Assembly (NCBI GenBank): GCA_051362555.1
Contig: CM120647.1
Location: 14,794,651-14,858,650, forward strand
Direction of reading: 5' to 3'
Length of the DNA: 64,000 nt
DNA from: Lingula anatina
Lineage: Eukaryota; Animalia; Brachiopoda
Under the pieces are notes generated by a model that was not told the DNA's origin, ran no database searches, and saw only the letters and a list, made by a program, of their open reading frames with translations. The number at the start of each line of letters is the position of its first letter. Position 1 is the first letter of the stretch. This document shows, in pieces, positions 1 through 11,706 of the stretch. The position numbers were made by a program, and so were the translations under genes.

Positions 1-369
1 TGCATTCAGCTATTGACAAGATATAATCAATTAAAAAAGAAAAGGCGAAATATCAGGTGCTTAGGTTTTATCGTTTCGGGTAGTTACACAATGTACATGT
101 ACCCTTGTGTAAAAAGGAACATGCGTTTCAAATTTTACTTTTTATCCCTTAAGGGTAAAACGCAAGCCGTAAAATCTCCATAGATAAATTAATACCGTCA
201 GCTTTTGTTTGTTGAGGCAACGCATTTTAAATTCTAGTCTGCCATTATTTTCTCTCCACTCCCTTCCAAATCTCGTTTGATTCCTCGTTAAGTCACGATG
301 TTTTCGATCGTCTGTCTCGGATCAGGGCCAGTGTTAAAACACTGCATGCGGGATTCCATATGTTACAGC

Positions 370-3300
370 ATGGCGCGACCTCAACCAAAACTAGATGCAA
401 ATCACACCAAGGGAAGATTCAACTCGTGCGTGGCAGTAATCACCGGGGGAGCCTCGGGTATAAACAGGGCGTGTGTCAGTCGTTTCCTGAACGACGGTGC
501 GTCCGTGGCCTTCTTCGACATCGACCAAGATGCGGGGAAACAGTTGGAGTCAGAGCTTAAGGCGGAGGGGTTAGACGCCGCGTATTACCAAGTCGATGTG
601 TCTAACAGGGACGCGTGTTCTAAGGCACTGGTAGACATAGCAGACAAACATGGTGGCAGCATTAACTATGTGATAAACGGCGCTGCGTGTTTTATTTTCA
701 AGGGTGAGTACAACTCATGCAGTGCACAGGGCCTTGCAAACAATATAATAGACCTACACCAGTAGTTGTATGTAGCAGGGCGTCAAGTTCCTATTTTTTC
801 CTATTTTTTCCTATTTTTTGGAGATCTACCTATTTTTTTCCTATTTTCTAGAGAAAATTCCTATTTTTTCCTATATTTTGGTCTAAAAATGATGTTATGT
901 ATCAGGTCGCGTCGGTTATTGAAAAAAATGAGGATCCCTCAGTCAATGTTTTGATGCAGCCAGTTGTATTTTAATTAGGATAATGAAAAAAATTGAATCT
1001 GATACTGGATCGTACTTGAAATGAGAATCACAATGTTTTAAGTAAAATCCAGTATACATAAGACCCAATTTTAATGTAGCCGTCACCTGCATCTGACGTT
1101 GCCGTCACAGTGCAATTTCAATGATAATATTATATATGATAAGTGGGAAACCATTGTAGCTTTTGTCTTCAGATATGCGGAACTGATGAATATTTATAAA
1201 ATACAGATTGAGTTCGAAAATCAGCATGATCGGGCCATTTTTAAACAGTTACGCTGTTTTTCAGGATGTATATTGATGACACAATTCAAAGAAAACCCAC
1301 AGGTCAATTGTTTTGAAACTCACAGGAGTGATCACCCTTAGTGAAACACAGGTCAAGTTAAAAAATTGGCTCGATTGGACCATTTTTACAAATATTATGC
1401 TTTTTGGGGTCCTTTTTTCATGTGTATATGCAATACAGATAATACATAAAGTGTAAAAACGGGTTGACCTATTGTCTTCAAACTTTCAGGAGTGATCAAT
1501 GTGACTAATTCAGCTCGAGTTTGAGAAAAAAGCCTGATCAGATTATTTTCTTTGTTGTCATGCATTTTTTACTGTACACTTTTCACATTTTGGCAATTTT
1601 AAGAATTCCATGGGCCTGAACACCTTTGCTGATCACATTTTCCATTTATCTGTGTTACCTGCAGTGCATAATTAAAAATTGGTCGTGATTATGGTGGTAA
1701 GCACTATGTAATATTGCATCAAAGAAAAATCCTATTTAGGGCACTGATGCCATAATGACCATTAATGGAAAACCATGTTACTTATGAATCTCGAAATTAC
1801 AGAAAAATCAGTAAGAGAATGACCTGATTGCAAATTTTTTTTCTGGCAGTAAACTAGTTTTTAAGCTTATACCGGTATTATAATATGCAGGCCTATTGTT
1901 TTCAAGACCCTTACATTGAATAGTTTCACCAGCTATAGTGTATTTACAAGTTCAGTAGAATTGTGGAGATACTTTTAGAGTTTACAGGAGTAGTCATTGT
2001 TGCTAAAATACAGGTTGGGTTTGAAAATCAATGTTAAAAAATGTTTTTGACAATTGACATTGTGTGGAATACATACAGTAAGCACAATATATGAAGTTAA
2101 TTTTAAAATTATTGGGCAGAACTGAATTAAGGCACTGTCACAGCGTTAAGCACTTGCATATGAGAAAAAAATTATTCATACGCTGACAAACATTGGTTAT
2201 GTTCATGTAATCAGAGGGGAATAAATATTTTGGGCATGTCAAAAAAAAAAATAAATAAATAAATAAATAAAATAAATTGCTGCTTAAATCTTTTTGATAT
2301 CCTGACAATGATTACTTACAGTTTTGCATTTAATTGATCACATTCATACAGTAGTTATACATATACATGTATGTATTTATGTTAGGTGTGACAGAGCCTT
2401 TAGTATTTTATGCTGTTGTTTGTAAATTTGTTAGATAAATTATTGTTGTTACACTAAATAGTGTTATTTACTACAATTAAAGAATGTGTATTAGACTGGT
2501 ATGGCTTTAGAGGTGTTGTGAAGCCATCATTCTTTTAGAATTATTCCTATTTTTCCTATAGGTACTTTTTCAATAAAATTCCTATTTATTTCCTAATTTT
2601 TGAAAATCTTTTTCTATTTTCCTATTTTCTGAAGGTCCATTGTAACTTGACGTCCTGATGTAGGTCAGCCCAAATGTTCCCTTTTTTTTTTTTGTGTCAG
2701 GGCACTATATTAAAGGGATAATAACTCTTCGAATGAGATCTATATTTCACACAAGAAAAAAAAAAACATTGTAAACAACTCGTAGAACTATAATATATAG
2801 TTTACCACAAAAACGGCAGTTATAGCTATTATTTTGATATCTTAGCAAAGATGGCTATACTCTGTTATAATCTCTTAATTGATTATAACATAAAACCAAA
2901 CTTTTTAGAAAAAAAAAAGAGAAAAAACAGGGGCTAACTTTGAATGTAGAGTATGGATTCTTTAACCATTTGGTTAGTATGGGAAAATTGTTGTTTACTC
3001 TGGAGAAATTAATTTTTTGGCCAAAACGAACAGTTATTATCCCTTTAAGCTAGCTTGCTCGCTATATAACCTTCATGTGGTAGCTTTACAGTTTTGCTGG
3101 TATGGGTTATATATGAAATCAAGATCGAGCTGACAATACTGAAATCTAGAACCTAGGGTACCAAATGTAAAAAAAAAGTTGCACAAACTTCCTGCGCGTT
3201 CGCCTGCAGTAAAAACGGTGACTGTGATTAAGATAACGTTTTTCCAGGTATGGACGCATCCTCGTCAGACTGGGAGAAGACACTGACTGTGAACGTGGTT

Positions 3301-4787
3301 GGATATGCCAACATGGTGCAGGCATGTCACCCCTACATGAAAAAAGGTACATAGAGAGCGTTGAACTAGCACAACAGTCTAGCAGTCTCAACTAGCACAA
3401 TAAATTGCATACCTTCGGCTTATATGCCCCTCCCATGTGAAATTCTTTTACAAAAAAATTCACTGTCAAGATATAGACTTAATCTGTATCCACTTAACGT
3501 CTAAATATTTACCGTAATTTATTTGTGTTGTTACAGTTGTATATATAAATAAAGTCATATCATTTTAAAACATAGTTCAATTTCTCATCATTTTCATTAG
3601 CCGAGCCGGGCTGCCGCGCTGTCGTTAATATTGCCAGCATCACCGGACATATACCAAAACGAAATCGCTGGACATACGACGCCAGTAAAGGAGCTGTCTT
3701 GCAACTAACCAGGTGTATGGCACTTGACCTGGCTAAAGACGGAATAAGGATCAACTCGGTTTCCCCGGCAGTTATAAATACACCTTCGGTAGGTACTCTA
3801 GGCAGTAGCTCTATACTGTGTGCGCATTTGGAGTACTGATTACGCCTTTGAAAATAGAAAATTTGTAATGTAATCATACTTTTTCATACCACATATGTCA
3901 TCGTGAAAAACATAAATTAATTATTTAATGCTGATGGAATAGGTTGCAAGAATGATAATAATGAGTAAATTATGTTCTATATTCTTCTCTTTTTACATTC
4001 TTCTTTTTAAACGCACTAAACGTTCACAAATTTTAAATTTTTATTTTTTCTTCTTTGTTTTTTTTCTCTTGCCATTTTTCACCTCCCGTTTCCAGCAATC
4101 ATATTACTCACTAACTCTTGCATTCGCTGTAGAATTACGCAAGGTCTTCTTATAGACGTGTCAGTGGCAGCACGTTACCTTTGCTCACCAGAAGAAGGTT
4201 TTGTGATAAGGCTATAACCAAGGGTTCATTCCCAATGCAACTATCGTTTTACGTAAATCAATCCAACTCTTGTTGAATGCAATCAGTTCAACAGACCAAC
4301 ACGCCTCCTCCTGGATTTAGTAAAATACAAAAAGCATGCGATATTCGAGCACGTTTGAAACAGAGGCATGATAATCTGTTAAACTGATTGCATTAAGTCA
4401 GATTCCCTGCGGATATGGATCGATCTACGTAGAAAGATACATAGCTCCAGTGGGAATGAGTGTAATTCTACAGCAAATACAAGGGTAACGCAAGCTCCAG
4501 TATGAGATTTATTTATAACTCCATTTTATCTTGGATTGACCGTGATTTAGGCGGAGAGAATCCAAATGAACTTCACTGAGGCGCAGAGGGAGTGGTCGGC
4601 GGGTTGTCACATGTTGAACCGTCAGGGGGAATCTTCAGAAGTTGCCGCCGCCATTGCCTTCCTCTGCAGCAGAGACGCTTCCTTTATCACCGGCGCTGAT
4701 CTCCCGGTAGATGGCGGCTACACGGTGATCGGACCTGAAAGGCACGGAGAAGACGGTCCAGATTTCAGTGGAATTTTTCCTGAGTAG
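370..4787 (+). CDS. Classical short-chain dehydrogenase/reductase, copy 1 (exons 370-703, 3248-3346, 3601-3788, 4551-4787)
   Basis: TGGASGI Rossmann motif, VNIAS, catalytic [13 protein letters not shown] and [17 protein letters not shown] introns with compatible phases (1,1,0) give an open frame to TAG at 4785-4787. Confidence 0.9.
776..2657. mobile_element. Non-autonomous hAT-like DNA element in SDR1 intron 1
   Basis: TIRs CAGGGCGTCAAGTT / AACTTGACGTCCTG (13/14 match), flanking direct repeat ATGTAG (770-775, 2658-2663), subterminal TTCCTATTTTT repeats at both ends. Confidence 0.75.
2714..3044. mobile_element. Kolobok-like MITE (TTAA TSD)
   Basis: TTAA|AGGGATAATAACT ... AGTTATTATCCCT|TTAA. 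A related inverted copy lies at 40168-40538. Confidence 0.75.
4221..4462. mobile_element. Harbinger-like MITE family A, degenerate copy
   Basis: Ends TCATTCCCA...TGGGAATGAG; interior similar to copies at 8505-8755, 15724-15962 and 36885-37125. Confidence 0.6.
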
Positions 4788-5742
4788 CTGACACATGGAA
4801 GAAAACTAAACAATGAATAAAAAAAAAATAACTGATTATGTGTTGTTCCTCTTGACTTCCCTGGTTGAACATAAAAACGGACGTGATCTCCATCCTCTGC
4901 CATTATTTTCTCTCCACTCCCTTAACTTAAGTTCAGCTGGGCTCATATGAGCTACTGCTGTGCTGGCAACTTTTTTATTTGTATCTCTTTATTAATCATT
5001 AACTTGTGAAAGAAGTTTGTATCGTTTACCAATTATAATGTTATTTTCTTGAATTGTAAATGCCAATTTTTCTAAAGAACTTATAAGCAAAATAGTTGTT
5101 CTCATAAGTTATTACGCGCACCTTGTTTATTAAGACCCTTACATTGAATAGCTTCACCAGCTATAGTGTATTTACAAGTTCAGTAGAATTGTGGAGATAC
5201 TTTTGGTTAAAGCATGTCAACCTAAAACTTCCTGCGCGTTCGCCTGCAGTAAAAACAGTGACTGTGATTTAGATAACATTTTCCAGGTATGGACGCATCC
5301 ACGTCAGACTGGGAGAAGACGCTGAATGTGAACGTGGTTGGATATGCCAACATGGTGCAGACATGTCACCCCTACATAAAGAAAGGTACATAGAGAGTGT
5401 TGAACTAGCGCAACAGTACTAGTCTAGCTGTCTCAACTAGCACAATAAACTGCATACCCTCGTCTTATATGCCCCTCTCAACTGAAATTTGTTTACAAAA
5501 ATTCACTGCCAGGATAAAGACTTAATCTGTATCTAATAAACATCTTAATATTGACCCTAATTATTGTGCTTTCACAGTTGTACATATATATAAAGTTATA
5601 TCATTTTAAAACATAGTTCAATTTAATTTCTCGTCGATCATTTTCATTAGCCGAGCCGGGCTGCCGCGCTGTCGTTAATATTGCCAGTATCACTGGACAT
5701 ATACCAAAACGAAATCGATGGACATACGACGCCAGTAAAGGA

Positions 5743-7959
5743 TGTAGAGCCGCATTTTGCAACCGACCGCATTTTGCAACCGGTTGCAAAATGCGTTCAG
5801 TTGCAAAATGCGGTCCTACTAAGTAGAGCCGCATTTTGCAACTGAACGCATTTTGCAACCAAAGAAAATCGTGAAAACGCATTTTGCAACCGCAACGCAT
5901 TTTGCAACCAGAATTTTTTTCTAAGTCCCTGAAACAGCTTGAATTACGAGACAGGTAGGCTACGGGTAGAATTGGAGTGGGGACGGGTTTATTTCGACTA
6001 TGTATGCTGAAACTGGCCAGGCTGCCCCTGGGGTGGACGATAATATAAAACTTATTTCACATTGTAATTTCCTAAACCATTAGAGTTAGGAGGTTGAAAC
6101 GTCAGGGAGTAAAAAAGATATTGTTAGGCATGTACATAGGGGTGTGGCCGTCCCTAGGGGTGTTTGATTGTAATTTTACATTGTATTGTCTGTTATCTAC
6201 CCTTATATCTTTAGAATTAGGAAATAAAAGCGTTGGGGATTAATACCATCGTAAGAAATGTGCGTAGGCACTCCAGATTTTTTGTGACTTGGGGTGTAGT
6301 TGTCCCTGGGGGTGGTTGAGATCGTTAGAGATGTGCTTAGGCACATCGGAATGTTTGGTGACTTGGGGAGTGGCCGTCCCTGGGGATAGTTACTTGACTG
6401 TAATAATTTCACCGTAATTTCTTTCATCTCCTTCTCGACCATTCGAGTTAGGAGCACGAGTCTTTGGTGCATGGGTACAGGAGAATTTTAGTGTGACTTT
6501 GGGTGTGACTGTCCCTCAGGGGATGGGGTGATTGGTGGTATGTCAGACAATTAAGCTGATTCCACTGATTGCACTTAAGTGAGATCCCCTGCATGCAGAG
6601 TTGGACCGACCCAGCTAGTAGGATGTGTGAATCTGAAAGCTGTCTTCGAGTTAAGAAGGAAGGGGAATGCAAAGAACGCAGCAGACGGCACTTAATAACA
6701 GACCTTCAGCGGTATGCTTGAATATAGGTCAAGTTAATTAAAAACCCATGCAAGACCCCATACTTTCAGGCATAGCCTCTGTAGAGCAACACACATGCTA
6801 ATTACTATTTATGATTAATTAATATTTGTTTTGTATTAAGACACAACGGCTAGTTGAACGCCAGGATTTCTGAGTGTGTAGGGCCTTATGGTTGGCATGG
6901 GTCAAAAGGACAGCTTTAACTGGATTCTTTGACCTATATTCATGCCTACGACTGTAAGTCCGTTTAGTGCTATGTGCACCGCTGCTGTTCTCTACATTCC
7001 TCAAAGACCCATGTACATTCATTATCAATCCCCAACATTTCACGTTCCTAACTCTAAGGGTAGATAGTAGAAGTAACGGTGCAAAAAATAGAATCAACCA
7101 CCCCCAGGGACGGCCACACCCATCAATACCCCAGAAGGATCCATATCCCTAAAGACATGTTTTCAATTCCCATAGCCTTCCGTTCCTAACTTATATGGTC
7201 TAAAGGTAGATAGCAGAAATTACAACGTCTAATTATATTCAACCACCCCCAGGACCACACCCTAAGTCAAAAAAAATTAAATGCCATTCAACATCCCAAA
7301 TTATACTGTAGCTACGTTTCATGCTTCAACTCAAATGGCCGATACAATGGGCAGATAGCAGAAAATACGTTGTAAAATTAGAATCAACCACCCCCAGGGA
7401 CAACCGCACCCATGTCACAATAAATTTCCGAAGTGCCCATGCACATTTCTTACGGTAGTGTATTAATCCCCAACGTTTTTATTTCCTAATTCTGAAGATT
7501 TAAGGGTAGATAGGAGAAAAATACGAAGTAAAAAGTACAATCAACCACTCCTAGGGACGGCAACACCCCCAATTAAAAAAAAACCAAATACAAAAACAAA
7601 AAAATCCGAAATCCCATGCACATGCCTAACAAAATGTTTATTAACGTTTGGAGTTCCTAACTCTAATGGTTTAAGAAATTACAACGTGCAATAAGTTTTA
7701 TATTTTCGTCCACCCCATGGGCAGCCTGGCCAGTTTCAGCATACATAGTCGAAGCAAACCCGTCCCCACTCCAATTCTACCTGTCTCGTACTTCAAGCTG
7801 GTTGCAAAATGCGTTGTAGTTGCAAAATGCGTTTTCACGATTTTCTTTGGTTGCAAAATGCGTTGCAGTTGCATAATGCGTTCAGTTGCAAAATGCGGCT
7901 CTACTTAGTAGGACCGCATTTTGCAACTGAACGTATTTTGCAACCGGTTGCAAAATGCA
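5743..7959. mobile_element. Foldback-type non-autonomous element with ~580-bp imperfect TIRs, TG...CA ends and 4-bp TSD (Ginger-like)
   Basis: AGGA duplicated at 5739-5742 and 7960-7963. Begins TGTAGAGCCGCATTTTGCAAC, with GCATTTTGCAAC arrays at both ends. ~5743-6320 is inversely similar to ~7384-7959. Confidence 0.85.
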
Positions 7960-8504
7960 AGGAGCCGTCTTGCAACTGACCAGGTGTATGGCACTTGACC
8001 TGGCCAAAGACGGGATAAGGGTCAACTCGGTGTCCCCGGCAGTTATAAATACACCTTCGGTAGGTACTCTAGGTAGTAAGCCTACTGGGATGCTGAGAAC
8101 TTAGATATTTATATGCGCATTTAGTTTGGGGATTCTGCCTATGAAAATAACAGCTTGTAATGTAAACATACTTTTTCACATCATATGTCATCGTGAAAAA
8201 TATAAATTAATTATTTTAATACTGATGGAATTGATTGCAAGAATGATTATAATGTGTAAATTATGTTCTACATTCTTCTTTTTAGACCCACTAAATATTC
8301 ACAAATTTTGAATTTATTATTATTATTTTTTTTGTGTGTGTACTTTCTCTCTGGCCATTTTCACCTTCCTTTCCTAGCTACCGTATTACCCACTCTTGGA
8401 TTTGCTGTAGAATTACGCAAGATCATCTTATAGACGTGTCAGTGGCAGCACGTTACCTTTGTTCCCAAGAAGAAGGCTTTGTGATAAGGCTGAAACCTTG
8501 CCTA

Positions 8505-8755
8505 GGGCTCATTTCCAATACAACTATCGTTTTACGTAAATCGATCCAACTCAGTGGGAACTCTCGCTGAATGCAATCAGTTCAAGAGATTTACACGCCT
8601 CCTCCTGGCGTTGAGTAAAATATAAAAAGCTTGCGATTATACGAGTACGTTTGCAACAAAAAGAGGCATGATAATCTGTTAAACTGATTGCATTCAATGA
8701 GGTTCTCTGCGTAGATGGTTCGATCTACGTAGAACGATAGCTGCAGTTGAAGTTA
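8505..8755. mobile_element. Harbinger-like MITE family A (duplicated along with SDR intron 3)
   Basis: Same intron position and similar sequence as 4221-4462. Confidence 0.55.
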
Positions 8756-8761
8756 ATGTAA

Positions 8762-8975
8762 GGGCGCATTCCCATAGATTTTAGATCGCTCTATCCCCGT
8801 ATGGAGTCTCACTAGATTACTGTCAGATAATCCGGCTTAAATGTCCGTCCCGCCTACTACAAGCGGTAAGGGGGTAATTAACTTTTGTGCCCGCTCGGCT
8901 GGCAGCTATTTAGCGTGAACCCTCAGGGAGTTAGGTCGATCTAATTAGATCGATCTAATCTCTAAGAATGGGGTC
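8762..8975. mobile_element. Harbinger-like MITE family B
   Basis: GGGCGCATTCCCA...GAATGGGGTC after TAA; near-identical interior to 22846-23060; absent from SDR1 intron 3. Confidence 0.7.
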
Positions 8976-9881
8976 AAATTCTGCAGCAAATGCAAGAGTG
9001 ACGCAAGCTCCAGTATGAGAGGTATTTATAATTCCATTTAATCTTGGGTTGACCGTGGTTTAGGTGGAGAGAGCCCAAATGAACTTCACTGAAGCTCAGT
9101 GGGAGTGGGCGGCAGGCTGTCACATGTTGAACCGTCAGGGGGAATCTTCAGAAGTTGCCGCCGCCATTGCCTTCCTCTGCAGCAGAGACGCTTCCTTCAT
9201 TACCGGCGCTGATCTCCCGGTAGATGGCGGCTACACGGTGATAGGCCCTGAAAGGCATGGGAAAGACGGGCCGGATTTCAGTGGAAATATTCCTGACTAG
9301 CTGATATAAGGACGAAAACTAAATAATGAATAAAAAAAAAAATAACTGATTATGACTTCCCTGGTTGAACATAAAATGGACGCGATCTCCATCCTAACTG
9401 TAACTTAACTTCAGCTGGGCTCATATGAGCTACTGCTGTGCTGGCAACTTTCTTATTTGTATTCTTTACTAATCATTAACGTGTTAAAGAAGTTTGTATC
9501 GTTTACCAATTAGAATGTTATTTTCTTTAATTGTAAATGCCATTTTTCTAGAGAACTCATATGCAAAATAGTTGTTCTCATAAATTATTACGCGCACCTT
9601 GTTTATTTATATATTCATCTCTTTATATTTTAATTAATTAATAAATAAATTTATTTATTTATTTATTTATTTATTTTTCCATCATGAGTAGTAGAAGAAC
9701 GTCTCTTGCAATACCGAAGGAGAACAATACATTTCTCCTATATTAATCGCAAGGCGATGACACATCTACTTATAAGATAAAGTTGAATAAGTTATTTAAT
9801 TTGGAGCTGTTATCTACATAGAGGTCTGTACATATTTGACTACATAATAGTGATGTAGCAGATAGATACTGGCATTACAAA

Positions 9882-11706
9882 ATGGAGCGTCGTCAGCCGA
9901 AACTGGACCAGCCGCATACAAAAGACAGGTTCAAAGGATGTGTTGCCGTGGTAACAGGAGGAGCCTCTGGTATCGGTAAAGAGTGCGTCAAACGCTTCAT
10001 TAATGACGGTGCGTCCGTGGCCTTTCTAGATACCAATCAAGAAGCGGGCCAACTGCTTGAGACGGAGCTGAAAGCGGCCGGACATGACGCCATGTTTTAC
10101 CATATCGACGTCTCGGACAGGGACGCGTGTTTCGCGGCCGCAAAAGACATAGCAAGCAAGCATGGCGGCTGCATCCACGCTGTGGTAAATTGCGCTGCAA
10201 GTTTCCTGTTTAGAGGTATTTAATGTCATTTCAACCGGGAAGAAAGGGTATCTATGCTCTAATGTACATATAGCAGGAATAACTGGATTTCATTTTTTAT
10301 GTACTCAATTTGCTTAACAAGAAAGCACGACTTTTTGACATTGATAATTACATTATTGGTGGCTTATTTTCACGTTCAGTTTTCGATCTGGTTGGGAGGG
10401 GCTTAAGGAGAGGTTGAAATATGAGCAACCACTGTTTCAGTTCAGATAATACAACTCCAGATCACTTAAGTTATTATGCAAGACAAGAAATAAACTAACC
10501 GCCCCATTCATCGTATCACATATTATGTGGTTGTATTTTATGGCATTTTTCCCAGCTTTAGACGCGTCCATGTCCGACTGGGAGACGATAATGGGCGTGA
10601 ACGTGGCGGGCTCTTCAAATGTGGTACAGGCATGTTGTCCTTTTATGAAGAACGGTACGTGAGCTATGTTAACGTTGACTCCATTTTTAATGCCTCAATT
10701 AACGTAAGATGTTAGAAATATACCAAAAATTGGCTTCGCATCAAATGCATTGTGCTTATTTCTATATATAGTTTCTTGTGGAACACGTAAATGTGCTTTG
10801 CAATGTCATTGTGATTTATCTTCTGAATAGATTGCTTTGTCTCCTCTAACACAATGTATTGCCTCACCTAACGCATTGCAAATGCGAATTATATTGAACC
10901 TGACATACATGCATGCAACACGTGGTGATTGGTTGACGATCACAATCAACGTATTATCATGTCTTCTCTAACACAATTGTCTCTTTATTTTAAACTCAGG
11001 GGGACCAGAAACTCGCGCCGTAGTAAATATCGCCAGTGTATCTGCCCATTGCAGTCAAAAGCAGCACTGGACGTACAACAGTAGCAAAGGGGCGATCTTG
11101 CAACTGACGAAATGCATGGCGCTTGACCTTATCAAAGACGGAATACGGGTCAACTCTGTTTCTCCTGGAATAATTAATACCCCTGCAGTAGGTAGATTAG
11201 AATAAAATATTTCTTTATACCTATCTATATTAATTAATTAAATGATGTAAATCAAGTAAACAAATAAATAAATCATGTTTTCTTGATCATCACGTGTGCA
11301 TTCATCTTCAATTAACGTTTTTCAACTTTTGGTTCGTCTTTTTGAAAACAAATATTCACTTCTTCCTTTTCTTATCTTTTACGTTCTTCCATTCTCTTAA
11401 TATAACACTGTCTAGTCGTTTTTTCATACACAATATTCGTAATTATTCACATATCTATTCAAATTCCTTTAGCTTGACGCTATCGTTGGAGGTGACGAAA
11501 TTCAGAGAGCGTGGTACGGTAGCGCCCACATGATGAACCGCAACGGTGAATGTACAGAAATTGCCGCCGCCATTGCCTTCCTCTGCAGCAGAGACGCTTC
11601 CTTTATCACTGGCGCTGATCTCTCGGTAGATGGCGGTTACACAGCGATGGGACCTGAACGACATGGCCAAGACAGCCCTAATTTTACCGCAGCCATACCG
11701 GAATAA
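9882..11706 (+). CDS. Classical short-chain dehydrogenase/reductase, copy 3 (exons 9882-10215, 10556-10654, 11000-11187, 11473-11706)
   Basis: [18 protein letters not shown], catalytic YNSSK and [13 protein letters not shown]. Same intron positions and phases as SDR1; open to TAA at 11704-11706. Confidence 0.9.

Larger units (their letters stand above)
5287..9300 (+). pseudogene. Partial SDR duplicate (exons 2'-4' only: 5287-5385, 5651-5742+7964-8059, 9064-9300), exon 3' interrupted by a transposon
   Basis: Exons and introns are highly similar to SDR1. There is no exon-1 copy, and a 2.2-kb insertion follows the YDASKG codons. Confidence 0.85.

Noticed and set aside
298-369. Upstream in-frame ATG extension of SDR1 (MFSIVCLG...)
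   Set aside because: Paralogue SDR3 starts at the position matching 370 (MARPQPKLD versus MERRQPKLD), so the extension is unsupported.
6819-7097. ORF inside the foldback element as a transposase or integrase remnant
   Set aside because: No DDE or zinc-finger motif; it partly overlaps the internal subrepeats.
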